The notes: generated by a model from the letters alone, not told the origin. 64,000 nucleotides of DNA from Bacilli bacterium (GCA_017477845.1 JAFUTR010000031.1:15738-79737); one strand, 5' to 3'; shown: positions 11,424-22,652, counted from the first letter of the stretch. Made by a program: numbers and translations.

Positions 11424-11473
11424 CTCAGTACATTAATTATACACCAAAAGGTAAATAAATAGTAGTTTTTTTA

Positions 11474-11513
11474 AAATAAATAATTACAAAAAATAAAAGA
11501 ACTTCTATTTTTC
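11474..11513 (-). terminator. rho-independent terminator of the gatCAB operon (overlaps the gatB stop)
   Basis: 9-bp stem AGAACTTCT (11488..11496) / AGAAGTTCT (11505..11513), followed on the minus strand by TTTATTTTTT. Confidence 0.6.
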
Positions 11514-12914
11514 AAGAAGTTCTATAAGTTTTTGATTAACAAAAGATGGATTAGCATTCCCCCTAGTTTCTTTCATAATTTGTCCCATCAAATATTTAAT
11601 TGCACGGCTATTACCATTTTTATAGTCATCAACACTTTGTTTATTATTTTCTAAGACATCATTAATGATTGAAACAAGCTCATCTTCTCCCATTTCTTTT
11701 ATGCTGTGATTATCAAGTATTGTGTCTAAATTATCATCTGTTTCCATTAAGTCATCTAAAATTTCCTTAAATATTTTACTATTTATTTTACCTTTATCTA
11801 AATAATTAACAACATCTTTAAATTTATCATTAGTTAACTTAGTATCATCAAGTTCCATTTCCATTTTATTAAGATATGCAGCTATATCTCCAAGCAATAA
11901 ATTACTTGCAATAACAAGATTAATATCATCAAACTTACTTAAATAGTCAGAAACATTTCTATTTTGAATAATTTTTTCAACATTTACTTCATTAATTCCT
12001 GCATTTATATATATTTTTCTTCTTTCATCACTTGACATAGGAAGATTATCTTTTGTATTTTTTATAAATTCATCTGTTAAATCAATAAATGGTATATCAG
12101 GTTCAGGAAAATATCTATAGTCATTTCCAGTTTCCTTAACTCTCATTAAAATTGTAGACATTGTTTTATCATCAAATCTTCTTGTTTGTTCCTTGAATAC
12201 TTCACCTTTTTCATAAAGAGCAATTTGTCTTTCTACTTCATAACGAACTGCTTCCCCAACATTTGAAATAGAACCAATATTTTTAACTTCAACTTTTGGA
12301 TTTAATTTATCAGTTTTGCTAACAGAAACATTACAATCACATCTCATGCTTCCTTCTTCTATTTTACAGTCAGATACATCAGCATATAATAATAGTTCTC
12401 TTAACTTTTCAAGATATTTAACAGCCTCTTCATCGCTTTCCATATCAGCTTCTGTAACAATTTCTACAAGAGGTACTCCTGCTCTATTAAAGTCAAGTAA
12501 AGATATAGATTCATTATGAATACTCTTACATGTATCTTCTTCTACATGTATATCATGTATTCTTATCTTTTTAGGCCCTTTTGAAGTTTCTATTAATACA
12601 TATCCATTTACTCCTATAGGCGTTCTATTCTGAGTAATTTGATAGTTTTTAGGATTATCTGGATAAAAATAATTTTTTCTATCAAAGTGCATATGTTTAT
12701 TAATAGTACAATTAAGCACTAAAGCAGCACGAAGTCCTAAACGGATAGCTTCTTCATTAATTGTTGGAAGTGTTCCAGGATAACCTAAATCTACAACATT
12801 TGTACATGTATTTGCCATTTTACCATAATGATTAGCGCTACCAGAAAACATCTTAGTTTTAGTTTTTAATTCTGCATGTACTTCTATTCCAACAGTTGTT
12901 TTATAATTACTCAT
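11505..12914 (-). CDS. gatB: Asp/Glu-tRNA(Asn/Gln) amidotransferase subunit B
   Basis: GIEVHAELKTKTKMFS ... TNVVDLGYPGTLP ... DRKNYFYPD ... C-terminal YqeY-like tail. Start set to the ATG at 12914, which follows AGAGGTGA. Confidence 0.9.
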   Translation of the reverse strand: MSNYKTTVGIEVHAELKTKTKMFSGSANHYGKMANTCTNVVDLGYPGTLPTINEEAIRLGLRAALVLNCTINKHMHFDRKNYFYPDNPKNYQITQNRTPIGVNGYVLIETSKGPKKIRIHDIHVEEDTCKSIHNESISLLDFNRAGVPLVEIVTEADMESDEEAVKYLEKLRELLLYADVSDCKIEEGSMRCDCNVSVSKTDKLNPKVEVKNIGSISNVGEAVRYEVERQIALYEKGEVFKEQTRRFDDKTMSTILMRVKETGNDYRYFPEPDIPFIDLTDEFIKNTKDNLPMSSDERRKIYINAGINEVNVEKIIQNRNVSDYLSKFDDINLVIASNLLLGDIAAYLNKMEMELDDTKLTNDKFKDVVNYLDKGKINSKIFKEILDDLMETDDNLDTILDNHSIKEMGEDELVSIINDVLENNKQSVDDYKNGNSRAIKYLMGQIMKETRGNANPSFVNQKLIELLEK

Positions 12915-14379
12915 ATCTATCACCTCTTTTAGCTTTACTTCTAGGATCTAAATTAAGGCTCAATTCTTTTTCAAGATATGCTGCAAATTTATACATTTTA
13001 GCTTCTTCAAAATAATTTCCTATTATATGAAGACCTATAGGTAATTTTTCGCAAGAGAAACCAACAGGTAAAGAAAGTCCTGGAAGTCCAGCCATATTAA
13101 CAGGTATTACTAATACATCATCCAAAAAAGATTTAGAAGGATCATTAAATTCTTTTTTTATGTCATAGGCAACATCTGTAGTAGTAGGTCCAATAATTAA
13201 GTCATATTTTTTAAATTTTTCTTCAAAGCTCTTTTTTATATCATCACGAATACTCATAGCTTTATCATAGTATATTTTGGCATTTTCTCCACTTAGTATA
13301 AATGATCCAACCATTATTCTTCTTTTTACTTCATCACCAAATCCAATCTGTCTTGTTTTAGTATATAATTCTTCTAAGTTTTTAGGATTTGGATAAGAAT
13401 ATCCATATCTTACTCCATCAAATCTAGCTAAGTTTCCACTCGCTTCACCCATTGCAAGGATCTGATACAATGTTACAGCATTTTCTATGTAATCAATATC
13501 TACATAGTCTACTATACATCCTTTTTTCTTTAATAAATCAACGATATTATTGAATTTATCTAATACTTGACTAGATACCACAGAAGAAACAAAATAGTTC
13601 GGTATAGCAATTTTCATTCCCTTAATATCTTCACCAATAAATCTTGTAAAGTCTTCCTCATCTTTATCTGCACTAGTTAAATCTTTATGATCTTTTCCAC
13701 AAATAATGTTTAAAAGACTTGCATTTTCAAATACATTTCTAGTCATTGGTCCTATTTGATCCATACTTGATGCAAAGGCAACAAGTCCATATCTTGATAC
13801 TCTTCCATATGTAGGTTTCATTCCAACAATTCCACATAACGAAGCAGGTTGTCTAATTGATCCACCAGTGTCACTTCCAAGAGCAAGAGGAACTATTCTA
13901 TTAGATACGCAAGAAGCACTTCCACCACTTGATCCTCCAGTTATTTTATCTTTATTCCATGGATTATGAGGTGCACCAAAATAACTAGTTTTAGAACAAG
14001 ATCCCATAGCAAATTCATCCATATTAGTTTTTCCAACTATAATCATATGTTTTTCATTTATCTTATCAATAACAGTAGCATTATAAATAGGAATAAAATT
14101 TTCAAGAATCTTAGAAGCACATGTAGTTCTTAATCCTAATGTACAAATATTATCTTTAATAGCAATAGGAATACCAAAGAATAAATTATCTACTTCCACA
14201 TTTTCTAATTCTTTTGCTTTTTTAATAGCATTTTCTTCATCAAATGTTATAAATGCGTTTAAATCTTCATTTTCTTTAATACGAGCAAAACACTCTAAAA
14301 CAAGATCTAATGGTTTTATTTTTTTACTTTTCAATAAATCATTAATCTCTTTAATACTTAAATCTAGATATTTACTCAT
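12907..14379 (-). CDS. gatA: Asp/Glu-tRNA(Asn/Gln) amidotransferase subunit A
   Basis: Amidase signature GGSSGGSASCV ... GSDTGGSIRQPAS. Translationally coupled to gatC and gatB. Confidence 0.9.
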   Translation of the reverse strand: MSKYLDLSIKEINDLLKSKKIKPLDLVLECFARIKENEDLNAFITFDEENAIKKAKELENVEVDNLFFGIPIAIKDNICTLGLRTTCASKILENFIPIYNATVIDKINEKHMIIVGKTNMDEFAMGSCSKTSYFGAPHNPWNKDKITGGSSGGSASCVSNRIVPLALGSDTGGSIRQPASLCGIVGMKPTYGRVSRYGLVAFASSMDQIGPMTRNVFENASLLNIICGKDHKDLTSADKDEEDFTRFIGEDIKGMKIAIPNYFVSSVVSSQVLDKFNNIVDLLKKKGCIVDYVDIDYIENAVTLYQILAMGEASGNLARFDGVRYGYSYPNPKNLEELYTKTRQIGFGDEVKRRIMVGSFILSGENAKIYYDKAMSIRDDIKKSFEEKFKKYDLIIGPTTTDVAYDIKKEFNDPSKSFLDDVLVIPVNMAGLPGLSLPVGFSCEKLPIGLHIIGNYFEEAKMYKFAAYLEKELSLNLDPRSKAKRGDRYE

Positions 14380-14665
14380 TTAACATCACCGGTACTTCCA
14401 CAAAATTTCCAGTTGAATGAGGGACATTTTTCATCACTACTTTATAATCAAGCATCTCTTCCTCTTCATCTTTTCTTAACTCCGAATTATATGAAACTGG
14501 AGATATAAGCATATCTTCATCATAATCTTTTACATCTTTTATTTTATCAATATCATCCATAAGTTTTTTTAATTGCACTCTAAATTTTTCTATTTCTTCT
14601 TCTTCAAGATGAATTCTCGCTAAATTTGCAACGTGTAAAACTTCTTCACGTGATAATTTATCCAT
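14372..14665 (-). CDS. gatC: Asp/Glu-tRNA(Asn/Gln) amidotransferase subunit C
   Basis: 97 aa, VLHVANLARIHLEEEEIEKF. It is the first gene of the gatCAB arrangement. Confidence 0.85.
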   Translation of the reverse strand: MDKLSREEVLHVANLARIHLEEEEIEKFRVQLKKLMDDIDKIKDVKDYDEDMLISPVSYNSELRKDEEEEMLDYKVVMKNVPHSTGNFVEVPVMLNE

Positions 14666-14836
14666 TATATCACTCCTTTTTTCAATACAATATTATAACA
14701 TATTTATATAGAACATAAAGTAAAAATTAATAGAGATTTAAAAATAAAATTTAGAATTTAATATTTTATATACAATTGTTAAAATTACTAGTAAAAAGTT
14801 ATAATATATTTTATAATTTATACAGTAGGTGATGAA

Positions 14837-15400
14837 ATGAGACTTAAAGAATTTATTATTTTTATAATCATTTTTACAATCATTTATTTTTTATCATTTT
14901 GGATTTATGACTATATATCAAATAAAAAGGCGCTAAAGAAATTAAATGAAAAAAAAGAACAATTATTAACAAAAGAAAAATTTAAAATTTTTTGTAATTT
15001 TTATAATGTTAACACTGAAGTTAATAGTGAAGTAATACATGCAGTATACATTAATGCCAAAGATAATTTAATTCTTAGTTTTTCTAAACTAGCCGAGTTA
15101 TATAATATTTCTAAAGACGAAGCAATTTTATTAGTTTTATACTTAGAGTATATCGGTTTTATAAAAAAAAGGGCAATATTAATAGATAATGATACTACAT
15201 CTTTACTTACTGAATATGATAATAGTCTAATAACAAAATATGCATTATATTTTAATAACAAATTTGACTACAATACAATTATTCAAAGAACTGGTCTTAA
15301 TTCTGATAAGGAACTAAATTATTTAAATAATAAGTTTTTAATTCCAGGAGTTAGAATAATCAATTCAACGATTTATTATATAGGTGATTTAAATGATTAA
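14837..15400 (+). CDS. hypothetical membrane-anchored protein
   Basis: 187-aa ORF behind GTAGGTGATGAA, with one N-terminal TM. It overlaps the next gene by 8 nt. Confidence 0.45.
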   Translation: MRLKEFIIFIIIFTIIYFLSFWIYDYISNKKALKKLNEKKEQLLTKEKFKIFCNFYNVNTEVNSEVIHAVYINAKDNLILSFSKLAELYNISKDEAILLVLYLEYIGFIKKRAILIDNDTTSLLTEYDNSLITKYALYFNNKFDYNTIIQRTGLNSDKELNYLNNKFLIPGVRIINSTIYYIGDLND

Positions 15401-16259
15401 AAAAAGATATCTGATATATATACTATTAGTGATAATTTTTACTCTATTTAATTTTTATTTTAGACCAATTAAAGGTAATCCACTAATAACAAAAGAATAT
15501 AAAAATAGTGATAGGTATATAAATGATTTATATATGAGTCAAGAATACTTTAAAGAAAATCTTCTTGATAAAGATGATTATTATATATATGATGAAATAA
15601 TTAATTCTAGCTTGCATAATAAAAATAAAGTAACAATTAATTGCTACGAAAATTGTCAATCAAAACTTTTAAATAGTTATTATGCAGTATATCTAGATCA
15701 TCCTGAGTTAATAAGTTTCGTTGGTATTAATTATTATAATATTTCTAATAATAAAATAACTTATGAAAATTATGGTAATTTAAGTGAAATAAAAACTTTT
15801 TTTGGAACAAAAAGAATAGCCCGTGAAATGGAAAACATAAGAAATGATACTAAAAATATGACAGATAAAGAAAAAATAATTTATGTTTATGACTACGTTG
15901 CATCTCATAATTATGACAAACTTTTTACATTTACTAAAAGCAATCAATCAGCTTACAGTTTCTTTACAGGTGGAAAATCAGTATGCGCAGGTTTTGCTAA
16001 AGCCTCACAGCTTATATTTCAAAATATTGGAATAAATTCATATCTAGTTTTATCAACAACACATATGTGGAACTATGTAGAATATGAAGGAAAATACTAT
16101 GTGTATGACGCCACTATAGGTGCTAGTCTAAGTGATAAAAAAAGTCCATATTTCTATGATGGGCTTGGAAAAACTACTATAAAAAGTACAACTGGAATGT
16201 TTTCTGATTTATATCCAAAAATAGAAACGACTACTCTAAAAGAAGTATTTGGCTTATAA
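15393..16259 (+). CDS. transglutaminase-like cysteine peptidase-fold protein
   Basis: Cys-His-Asp arrangement GGKSVCAGFAKASQLIF ... HMWNYVEYEGKYYVYDAT. Confidence 0.65.
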   Translation: MIKKRYLIYILLVIIFTLFNFYFRPIKGNPLITKEYKNSDRYINDLYMSQEYFKENLLDKDDYYIYDEIINSSLHNKNKVTINCYENCQSKLLNSYYAVYLDHPELISFVGINYYNISNNKITYENYGNLSEIKTFFGTKRIAREMENIRNDTKNMTDKEKIIYVYDYVASHNYDKLFTFTKSNQSAYSFFTGGKSVCAGFAKASQLIFQNIGINSYLVLSTTHMWNYVEYEGKYYVYDATIGASLSDKKSPYFYDGLGKTTIKSTTGMFSDLYPKIETTTLKEVFGL

Positions 16260-16280
16260 AGTGATTTATATCACTTTTTT
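16259..16280 (+). terminator. rho-independent terminator
   Basis: AAGTGAT (16259..16265) / ATCACTT (16270..16276), followed by TTTT. Confidence 0.5.
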
Positions 16281-16797
16281 AATTATAGGAAAATAACTAA
16301 AGCCTTTCATTTTTCTAATACAACAATTCCATCTAATGCAATATAATCATTTCATCTTTCATAGTTGCACGACTGTAAATCCTAAAATAATTTATCAGTA
16401 TAACTACATAATTCTCTTCAATCTTCTAAAACCAAATTTAAAAGATTATTAACGTAATCATGCTATTTATAAAATAAATCAATACGAGAAACATCAAATA
16501 TTTCTTTAATACCAATAGAAAGAATCTTTTCATATGTAGACTTTAAATTATAAATATTTGATATCTAAATATCACCATCATTAATAATTCTTTTACACTC
16601 CAAAACATCGCTATTTTTGCAACCAGTAAAAATAATGACAAATATTAAAATTAATAATATCTTTTATTAAATATATTTTTTTTCACAATTCCATACAACT
16701 TTTATTCACAGTTTTTTACATTTTAAAAAAAATATCAACAATTATTTGTTGTTAAATTAAATATTGTGATGTATATTTTACTTAAATAGGAGGAGAT

Positions 16798-17883
16798 ATG
16801 AACAGAAAAATAAGAGTTGTGCAGTATGGTGTAGGAAAAATGAGTTTATACACAATGCGTTATGCTCTTGAGAAAGGATGCGAAATTGTTGGAGCAGTAG
16901 ATATTAATCCAGATATTATTGGTAAAGATCTATCAATAATACTTGGTGGAAATGAAACAGGAATTCTAGTAACATCTGTTAATGATGCTGAAAAGATGTT
17001 AAAAGAAACAAAGCCTGACATTTGTATTGTAACAACAATGAGTCTATTAAATGACGTATATCACTCTCTTGAAACATGTGCAAAACTTGGAATAAACGCA
17101 ATTACTACATGTGAAGAAGCATTCTTCCCAATTAACTCAAATCCAATATCTACAAAAGCCCTAAATGCAATTGCTAAAGAAACAGGTTGCACTATAACAG
17201 GAAGTGGATATCAAGATATATACTGGGGAGAATTAATCTCAGCCATAGCATCATCTACGCAAAGAATTACAAAGATAAAAGGTAGTTCAAGTTATAATGT
17301 AGAAGAATATGGTATTGCACTTGCAGAAGCCCATGGAGCTGGGCTTACCTTAAACGAATTCGAAGAAAAAATTGCCTCTTTAGATAACTTAACAGAGGAG
17401 GAAAGAAAAGAGCAAATTGATAAATGTGAATTCGCCCCTTCCTATATGTGGAGTGTTAATGGATGGCTTGCTGAAAAATTAGGCCTTACAGTTTTAAGCC
17501 AAACACAAAAATGTGTACCACAAACTCACAGTGAAGATTTAGAGTCAAGTACATTAGGTATGACTATTCCAAAGGGAAATGCCACTGGAATGAGTGCGGT
17601 AGTTACCACTACTACAAAAGAAGGAATTACAATTGAATCAGAATGCATAGGAAAAGTCTATTCAAAAGATGATTTCGATAAAAATGAATGGACAGTTTAT
17701 GGTGAACCAGATACAACAATAGTCGTAAATAGACCCAAAACAGTAGAACTAACTTGTGCTACTGTAGTAAATAGAATTCCAGACGTTATTAATGCCGAAG
17801 CTGGATATGTGACTACTGATCTTATAGGAGAACCATCATTTAAAATTAAACCTCTAAATGAATATGTAGAAAAAAAAGATTAA
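16798..17883 (+). CDS. NAD(P)-binding DapB-like / amine (2,4-diaminopentanoate-type) dehydrogenase family protein
   Basis: 361 aa behind AGGAGG. N-terminal Rossmann motif IRVVQYGVGKMS, and an overall layout like the dihydrodipicolinate-reductase-like amine dehydrogenases. The family assignment is from memory. Confidence 0.55.
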   Translation: MNRKIRVVQYGVGKMSLYTMRYALEKGCEIVGAVDINPDIIGKDLSIILGGNETGILVTSVNDAEKMLKETKPDICIVTTMSLLNDVYHSLETCAKLGINAITTCEEAFFPINSNPISTKALNAIAKETGCTITGSGYQDIYWGELISAIASSTQRITKIKGSSSYNVEEYGIALAEAHGAGLTLNEFEEKIASLDNLTEEERKEQIDKCEFAPSYMWSVNGWLAEKLGLTVLSQTQKCVPQTHSEDLESSTLGMTIPKGNATGMSAVVTTTTKEGITIESECIGKVYSKDDFDKNEWTVYGEPDTTIVVNRPKTVELTCATVVNRIPDVINAEAGYVTTDLIGEPSFKIKPLNEYVEKKD

Positions 17884-17912
17884 AAGATGTTTACTGGGCA
17901 AACATCTTTTTT
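17883..17912. terminator. bidirectional rho-independent terminator between convergent genes
   Basis: 10-bp stem AAAGATGTTT (17883..17892) / AAACATCTTT (17900..17909), flanked by A and T runs. Confidence 0.65.
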
Positions 17913-18619
17913 CATTCAAATTTTCCATAAGGATTTGCTTTAACACCTTTGAGATAAACATTTAACTTTTCATTTGTGTCACACGTTACTAAAAGTAAAT
18001 CATCAATCTTATTAAAGTTCATATTACTAAGTCTTTTAATTAACCATTTTTCATCTTTATGAATACTTTTCAAATTGTTTTTCATTATTTTACCATCAAT
18101 TACAAGGTTTGTACAAAGTCCTATATATTCTTTTTTTAATTTTATATCATTAGCTTTCAAAGGTGAAAACTTACTCTTAGGAAGAAAACTAACTTTCCCA
18201 TTAGCTTCCATAATCGCATATTCTATTTCAGATATATCAAAATATCCATCTATTCTTGCTTCTTCAAGTAAATCATTTATATCAAATTTTACTTTTTTAA
18301 GACCTGATTCAATTATATTTCCATTTTCTATTAAAATAATAGGAACACCAACAATAAGTCTTCTAGCTATGATACTTTTTGTAGTTATAAATGATATTAT
18401 TAAAGAAATAAGAGCATAAGTAAACATGACAAAAACACCATCAAAAAACAAAACTTCTTTATTAACTGTCATTTCTGCAACTACATTACCTATTGATATT
18501 CCTATTACATAATCAAACATATTTAGTTGATTAATTTGTTTTTTACCTAAAGCATTTGTAAATAAATATAGAAAAAATAAAGATCCAACTGACTTAATAG
18601 TTAACATAAAAAAGTCCAT
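17912..18619 (-). CDS. DUF421 (YetF-like) membrane protein
   Basis: Three N-terminal TM segments, then PIILIENGNIIESGLKKVKFDINDLLEEAR, the typical DUF421 core. Confidence 0.6.
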   Translation of the reverse strand: MDFFMLTIKSVGSLFFLYLFTNALGKKQINQLNMFDYVIGISIGNVVAEMTVNKEVLFFDGVFVMFTYALISLIISFITTKSIIARRLIVGVPIILIENGNIIESGLKKVKFDINDLLEEARIDGYFDISEIEYAIMEANGKVSFLPKSKFSPLKANDIKLKKEYIGLCTNLVIDGKIMKNNLKSIHKDEKWLIKRLSNMNFNKIDDLLLVTCDTNEKLNVYLKGVKANPYGKFE

Positions 18620-18652
18620 AATATCACCATTAATATTATGGATTATTTTTTA

Positions 18653-20299
18653 TTAGAATAAACCTACTATTTCATTATCTTCTGAAAGATCAATTATCTC
18701 ATAGTTTGGCTTTTTTGGAAGACCTGGCATAGTTAATATTGATCCAAGTAGAACAGTTATAAATCCTGCCCCAGTATGAAGTTCAACATCTCTTACAGTA
18801 ACTTCATAATCTTTTGGATATCCTAATTTTTTAGGATCATCACTTATAGAATACTGTGTTTTCGCAATACAAATAGGTAAATCATCTTCCCTTAATCTTT
18901 TTATCATTTCTATTTTATCAAGTGCCATAGTAGAATATGTAATCTTTCCTGCATGATATATTTCGTAACAAATTTTTTCAATTTTTTCTTCAATTGATGA
19001 ATTAACATCATAAAGAAGTTTGAAATCATTTTCCTTATCACATATTTCAACTATTTTATCAGCAAGTGCTACTGCACCTACTCCACCTTTTATATACGTC
19101 TCACAAAGTGCAAAAGAAACATTATTAGACTCTACAAATTTTTTAATTAGTTCTATTTCATTTGGTGCATCAGTTGCAAATTTATTAAGTGCTACTATTA
19201 CATGAGATGTATATTTTTTTAAATTTTCTATATGAACTTGTAAATTTGGAAGACCTAATTGTAAATATGTAATATTGTCATCATTTATACTATCCTTACT
19301 TGCTCCTCCATTATGTTTTAGTGCTCTTGTAGTAACTGTTAAAACAACACAATCAGGTTTTAAATCAGCCATTCTACATTTGATATCCATAAACTTCTCT
19401 GCACCTAGATCTGCTCCAAATCCTGCTTCAGTAATAACATAATCTGATAATTTTAAACCTAAATTGGTTGCAACTATAGAATTACATCCATGAGCAATAT
19501 TTGCAAAAGGTCCTCCATGAATAATTACTGGATTATTTTCAAGTGTTTGAACTAAATTAGGATTAAAAGCATCTTTAAGTAAAGTAACTAATGCCCCATC
19601 TAGATTTAAATCACGTACATAAATAGGATTTCCAGCTGTATCGAAGGCAATCATAATATTTCCAAGTTTTTCTCTTAATTCAGCATAATCTTTAGAAAGA
19701 CAGAAAACACTCATAACTTCAGAAGCAGCTGTAATATTAAATCCAGAATGTTCAACTACTCCATCACTTACTTCATATGAAATTCTTCTAAGTGCCCTAT
19801 CATTTACATCTAAACATCTCTTAAAGAATATTTTATCAGGATCAATACCTAATGTATTACCTTGATATATATGATTATCAATAGCAGCAGATATTAAATT
19901 ATTACAACTAGTTATAGCATGTAAATCTCCAGTAAAATGTAGATTTATATCTTCCATAGGTACTACTTGACTATATCCACCACCTGTTGCTCCACCTTTT
20001 AATCCAAAAACTGGTCCTAAAGATGGTTCTCTTAATACACCAATGGCATTCTTCCCTAAATGATTAAAAGCATCAACTAATCCAATTGATACAGTTGTTT
20101 TCCCTTCACCATATGGAGTCGGATTAACAGCAGTAACAAGAATTAATTTCCCTTTTTCACCATTCATTATGTCATTAAACTTTATCTTAGCTTTATACTT
20201 TCCATAACAATCGATATTATCTTCTAAAAGTCCAATTTTTTTGGCAACTTCAGTTATTTCTTTCTTCACACATGTTTTAGCTATATCTATATCACTCAT
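18653..20299 (-). CDS. fhs: formate--tetrahydrofolate ligase
   Basis: TPYGEGKTTVSIGL, EPSLGPVFGLKGGATGGGYSQV and other full-length FTHFS motifs. Start set to the ATG after GGGTGA. Confidence 0.9.
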   Translation of the reverse strand: MSDIDIAKTCVKKEITEVAKKIGLLEDNIDCYGKYKAKIKFNDIMNGEKGKLILVTAVNPTPYGEGKTTVSIGLVDAFNHLGKNAIGVLREPSLGPVFGLKGGATGGGYSQVVPMEDINLHFTGDLHAITSCNNLISAAIDNHIYQGNTLGIDPDKIFFKRCLDVNDRALRRISYEVSDGVVEHSGFNITAASEVMSVFCLSKDYAELREKLGNIMIAFDTAGNPIYVRDLNLDGALVTLLKDAFNPNLVQTLENNPVIIHGGPFANIAHGCNSIVATNLGLKLSDYVITEAGFGADLGAEKFMDIKCRMADLKPDCVVLTVTTRALKHNGGASKDSINDDNITYLQLGLPNLQVHIENLKKYTSHVIVALNKFATDAPNEIELIKKFVESNNVSFALCETYIKGGVGAVALADKIVEICDKENDFKLLYDVNSSIEEKIEKICYEIYHAGKITYSTMALDKIEMIKRLREDDLPICIAKTQYSISDDPKKLGYPKDYEVTVRDVELHTGAGFITVLLGSILTMPGLPKKPNYEIIDLSEDNEIVGLF

Positions 20300-20376
20300 T
20301 TTCATCACCCATCAAGATTATACCATATAACAAAAAAATAAAATAGATATGTTATAATATCTTAGAGGTGTCTTTT

Positions 20377-21270
20377 ATGGATTTATCATGTTGCACTCTT
20401 TGCCCAAGAAATTGCAAAGTTAATAGAAATAATAATGAATTAGGTTTTTGTAAAGCTGGTAATAATATTAAAATTGCTAGGTACTCACTACATTATTGGG
20501 AAGAACCTTGCATTTCAGGTGAAACTGGTTCTGGGACAATATTTTTTTCCTGTTGCAATCTAAAATGCATCTTTTGTCAAAACTACGATATTTCAACGAA
20601 TAATAATGGTAAAGAAATAACAATTGAAGAATTTGCAGATATTTGCATAGAATTACAAAATAAAAAGGCTAATAATATAAATCTAGTAACAGGTGTTATG
20701 TATATTCCTCTTATTAAAAAAGGATTAATACTTGCAAAGAAAAAAGGATTAAAAGTACCAATCATATATAATTCAAGTGGATATGAAAATATTGAAGCAC
20801 TAAAAGAATTAGATGGATTAATTGATATTTATTTACCAGATTTCAAGTATTTTAATAATGAATTAGCTAATAATTTTTCAAAAGCAGATAATTATTTTGA
20901 AATTGCTAAAAATGCTATTAATGAAATGTTTAGACAAGTTGGAAAAGTTAAATATAAAAATGATATAATGCAAAAAGGAGTAATTGTAAGACATCTATTA
21001 TTACCAAATCATTTAGATGATTCAAAAAAAATAATAAAGTATCTACATGATAATTATAAAGATGATATAACTATAAGCATAATGAATCAATATACACCTA
21101 TAAGAAAAATAGAAAAATATAAAGAATTAAATAATACTGTAACAGAAGATGAATATGACGAATTGATTAATTATGCATGTGACTTAGGAATCACTAATGC
21201 ATATATTCAAGAAGGAGAAACATGTAAAGAAAGTTTCATACCAGATTTTAAAGTATTTAAAGACAATTAA
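20377..21270 (+). CDS. radical SAM protein (PflX/YjjW-like activase family)
   Basis: CNLKCIFCQN (CxxxCxxC) cluster motif. Start set to the ATG at 20377, which follows AGAGGTG. Confidence 0.7.
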   Translation: MDLSCCTLCPRNCKVNRNNNELGFCKAGNNIKIARYSLHYWEEPCISGETGSGTIFFSCCNLKCIFCQNYDISTNNNGKEITIEEFADICIELQNKKANNINLVTGVMYIPLIKKGLILAKKKGLKVPIIYNSSGYENIEALKELDGLIDIYLPDFKYFNNELANNFSKADNYFEIAKNAINEMFRQVGKVKYKNDIMQKGVIVRHLLLPNHLDDSKKIIKYLHDNYKDDITISIMNQYTPIRKIEKYKELNNTVTEDEYDELINYACDLGITNAYIQEGETCKESFIPDFKVFKDN

Positions 21271-21292
21271 AAAAGTGGAAACCCACTTTTTT
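21271..21292. terminator. bidirectional terminator between convergent genes
   Basis: AAAGTGG (21272..21278) / CCACTTT (21283..21289), flanked by A and T runs. Confidence 0.55.
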
Positions 21293-22652
21293 ATCTTTTT
21301 TTTGAGTAAACAACAGCAGTAGTATTATCTATTCCACCTTTTATTTCTTCATTAAACCCATAATACAACTCATCCATTTTAGATAATGAAGTTTTTGAAG
21401 ATAATACTAATTTTTTAGTTATATCTTGTGAAGATGTTCTATTTGTAATATATTCAATTTCATCATCATTTAAACATCTTGTAACACCATCTGTAACTAA
21501 TAATAAAATATCATACTCATTATTATTCAATAAATTTACTTGAGGATTAATTGATTCATCAAATTCAATCATTCCTAAATATTTATTTACTATATCAGCA
21601 CTTTTATGAAATCTTAATTTTTCTTCTCCAATATTAGATAATTCATTTAATTTTTGAATATATGAATCATCTTTTGTAAGTCTTTTTAATTTTTCATTAT
21701 TTAACAAATATGCACGCGAATCACCTATTGATGACACAAGTGTTTTGTTATTTCCAACTATAGCACAAGTAAATGTTGTTCCTCTTCCATCTTTATTATC
21801 ACGTAACTCAACATTAATCTGTTTTAGTTTATTAATTAGTAATCTTTCTAGCGACTCTATATCATTAAAATAACATTCATCTAATTCTTCAAACCATTTT
21901 AATATACTTGCTAAAACATAGTTACTTGCTCTTTCTCCAGAAAAATTATAACTTATTCCATCAGCAACAGCTAATAACTTAAACTTTCTATTATTTGGAT
22001 GTTCAATAATTAAAGATCCATCTTCCTGATTTTCTTTAACGCTACCTACATCCATTGTTGCAAATAAGTCTTTTCCAAGAGAATAATCAACATGATTTCT
22101 TTTTATTTGTCCACTACTTAGTACATCATTTCTATTTTTATTAAATAATAAATTTCTAACTTTTCCTAAACTAGATGTTTGAGTTTTTTTTGAATTTGTA
22201 GGCTCTAAATAATATAAATAATTTTTAGCATATCCATCTTCAATTTTCTCTAGTTCATCCATATTCAAATTACTATAATATCTTTGTTCAATAAATGCTA
22301 CTATCAAAAACATTAAAGATATATTATCTTTTTGTAAAAATTTAACAATATCTTCACGTGCTATTTTATATTCAATTAACTCATTTAAGAATTTTTGAGA
22401 TACATGTTTATAACTTATATTTTTATCACTTGATCCAGCAACTTTTAAAGAATGTTTTGCTAATTCATTAATAAAGTCTTCTTTTGAAACATTAGCAAAA
22501 TACTCATTTAATAAGTTATTATCTTCATCACTTAAATTATTAGAAGTTAAATATTTTATAACTAAACTATAAATTTCATACTTTGAATAATTATCTTTCA
22601 TTTTTAATATAGCTTCATCAATTTTTTCTATTTCCCTTTTTTCTTTTTCCAT
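21291..22652 (-). CDS. PP2C-family Ser/Thr phosphatase with an uncharacterised N-terminal domain
   Basis: The C-terminal half has LLAVADGISYNFSGERAS ... GTTFTCAIV ... IGDSRAY ... LLLVTDGV ... DNTTAVV. Confidence 0.7.
   Translation of the reverse strand: MEKEKREIEKIDEAILKMKDNYSKYEIYSLVIKYLTSNNLSDEDNNLLNEYFANVSKEDFINELAKHSLKVAGSSDKNISYKHVSQKFLNELIEYKIAREDIVKFLQKDNISLMFLIVAFIEQRYYSNLNMDELEKIEDGYAKNYLYYLEPTNSKKTQTSSLGKVRNLLFNKNRNDVLSSGQIKRNHVDYSLGKDLFATMDVGSVKENQEDGSLIIEHPNNRKFKLLAVADGISYNFSGERASNYVLASILKWFEELDECYFNDIESLERLLINKLKQINVELRDNKDGRGTTFTCAIVGNNKTLVSSIGDSRAYLLNNEKLKRLTKDDSYIQKLNELSNIGEEKLRFHKSADIVNKYLGMIEFDESINPQVNLLNNNEYDILLLVTDGVTRCLNDDEIEYITNRTSSQDITKKLVLSSKTSLSKMDELYYGFNEEIKGGIDNTTAVVYSKKR

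Noticed and set aside
16260-16797. The long (about 540-bp) intergenic region upstream of the amine-dehydrogenase-like gene as a riboswitch or leader.
   Set aside because: I found no recognisable riboswitch core or terminator/antiterminator pair. The minus strand carries a lipoprotein-like signal (KILLILIFVIIFTGCKNS, around 16600..16660) with no start codon and stops every 20-30 codons. It is therefore at most an eroded pseudogene, and in AT-rich DNA this is too weak to annotate.
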